A stretch of 64,000 nt of DNA from Anthoceros angustus (Eukaryota > Plantae > Anthocerotophyta), in the NCBI GenBank assembly GCA_010909165.1, contig MU008156.1, positions 434,001 to 498,000 on the forward strand, given 5' to 3'. The notes below the pieces were generated by a model. The model was not told the origin of the DNA and did not search any database. It saw only the letters and a list, made by a program, of their open reading frames with translations. This document shows positions 63,526 through 64,000 of the stretch, piece by piece (position 1 is the first letter of the stretch; each line of letters begins with the position of its first letter). A program made the position numbers and the translations under genes.

Positions 63526-64000
63526 CAGCCATTCAGGCTTCCTGTGGAGGCCATTCTCTCTGCCCGTTAGATGGGATCCAACCCTTTGTAGACTACTATT
63601 ACGTATTTCCTTCATTGCTGCCAGAAATTGTCTGGCAGATTGATAAAAATAGTCTGTGGTTACCTCGGTATGAACCGAAAAATCAAACCTACTGCACTGT
63701 ATGCTCCAACGTTTCCAGAGCCAGTCTTGAATAATGCAAGATAGATTGCGGGATTGGTGTCATCCACGTTGTCCAACGGTGCAAACCAAAGCAGCTCCAA
63801 CCCCTTCCTCTCTAACAGGCATCGCATTCTGCTGCGAAGTGCGACGTGCGAAGTTAGAAGTATCACAATCCAGGATGTCCCTCTGATCACCTAAAGGGCG
63901 TTAGGGCCTTCAGGGTACAATTCAACAGTGAAAAGCTATGACTCTGATTTGTATCTGGCAACCTCCTCTTCGTTGGAAAGTTTGCCCATGAGCCTCCCTG

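Overview
Eukaryotic land-plant nuclear DNA with compact GC-rich genes, short GT-AG introns and AT-rich intergenic repeats. A bryophyte or other non-seed plant, possibly a hornwort, is inferred from gene style only. Housekeeping-type genes sit at the edges: NUS1/LEW1 (0.2-1.6 kb), Lhca2 (50.6-51.9 kb, minus) and a PHF1/SEC12-like gene (61.4-63.5 kb). Between them lie an intron-containing polyphenol oxidase (PPO, 3.6-5.8 kb), an ERG2/sigma1-like gene and an LRR receptor kinase. From 19.6 to 49.7 kb is a dense same-strand run of phenolic-oxidation genes: four tandem dirigent-like genes, a CYP71-clan P450, two pirins, a P450 pseudogene, and a PPO/pirin-fragment array with two intact PPOs and two pseudogenes. 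The main hypothesis is a candidate biosynthetic gene cluster for oxidative phenol coupling (lignan/neolignan-like). Its enzymes have atypical active-site motifs: P450 I-helix AATES, dirigents lacking the HD motif, and secreted PPOs without the gatekeeper Phe. The region also shows a 48-bp-arm hairpin, a methylation-decayed tRNA-Trp relic, a template-switch insertion, an in-place inversion and telomere-like filler DNA. Several frameshifts fall in homopolymers and may be long-read assembly errors. All exon boundaries were read by eye; no database searches were run.
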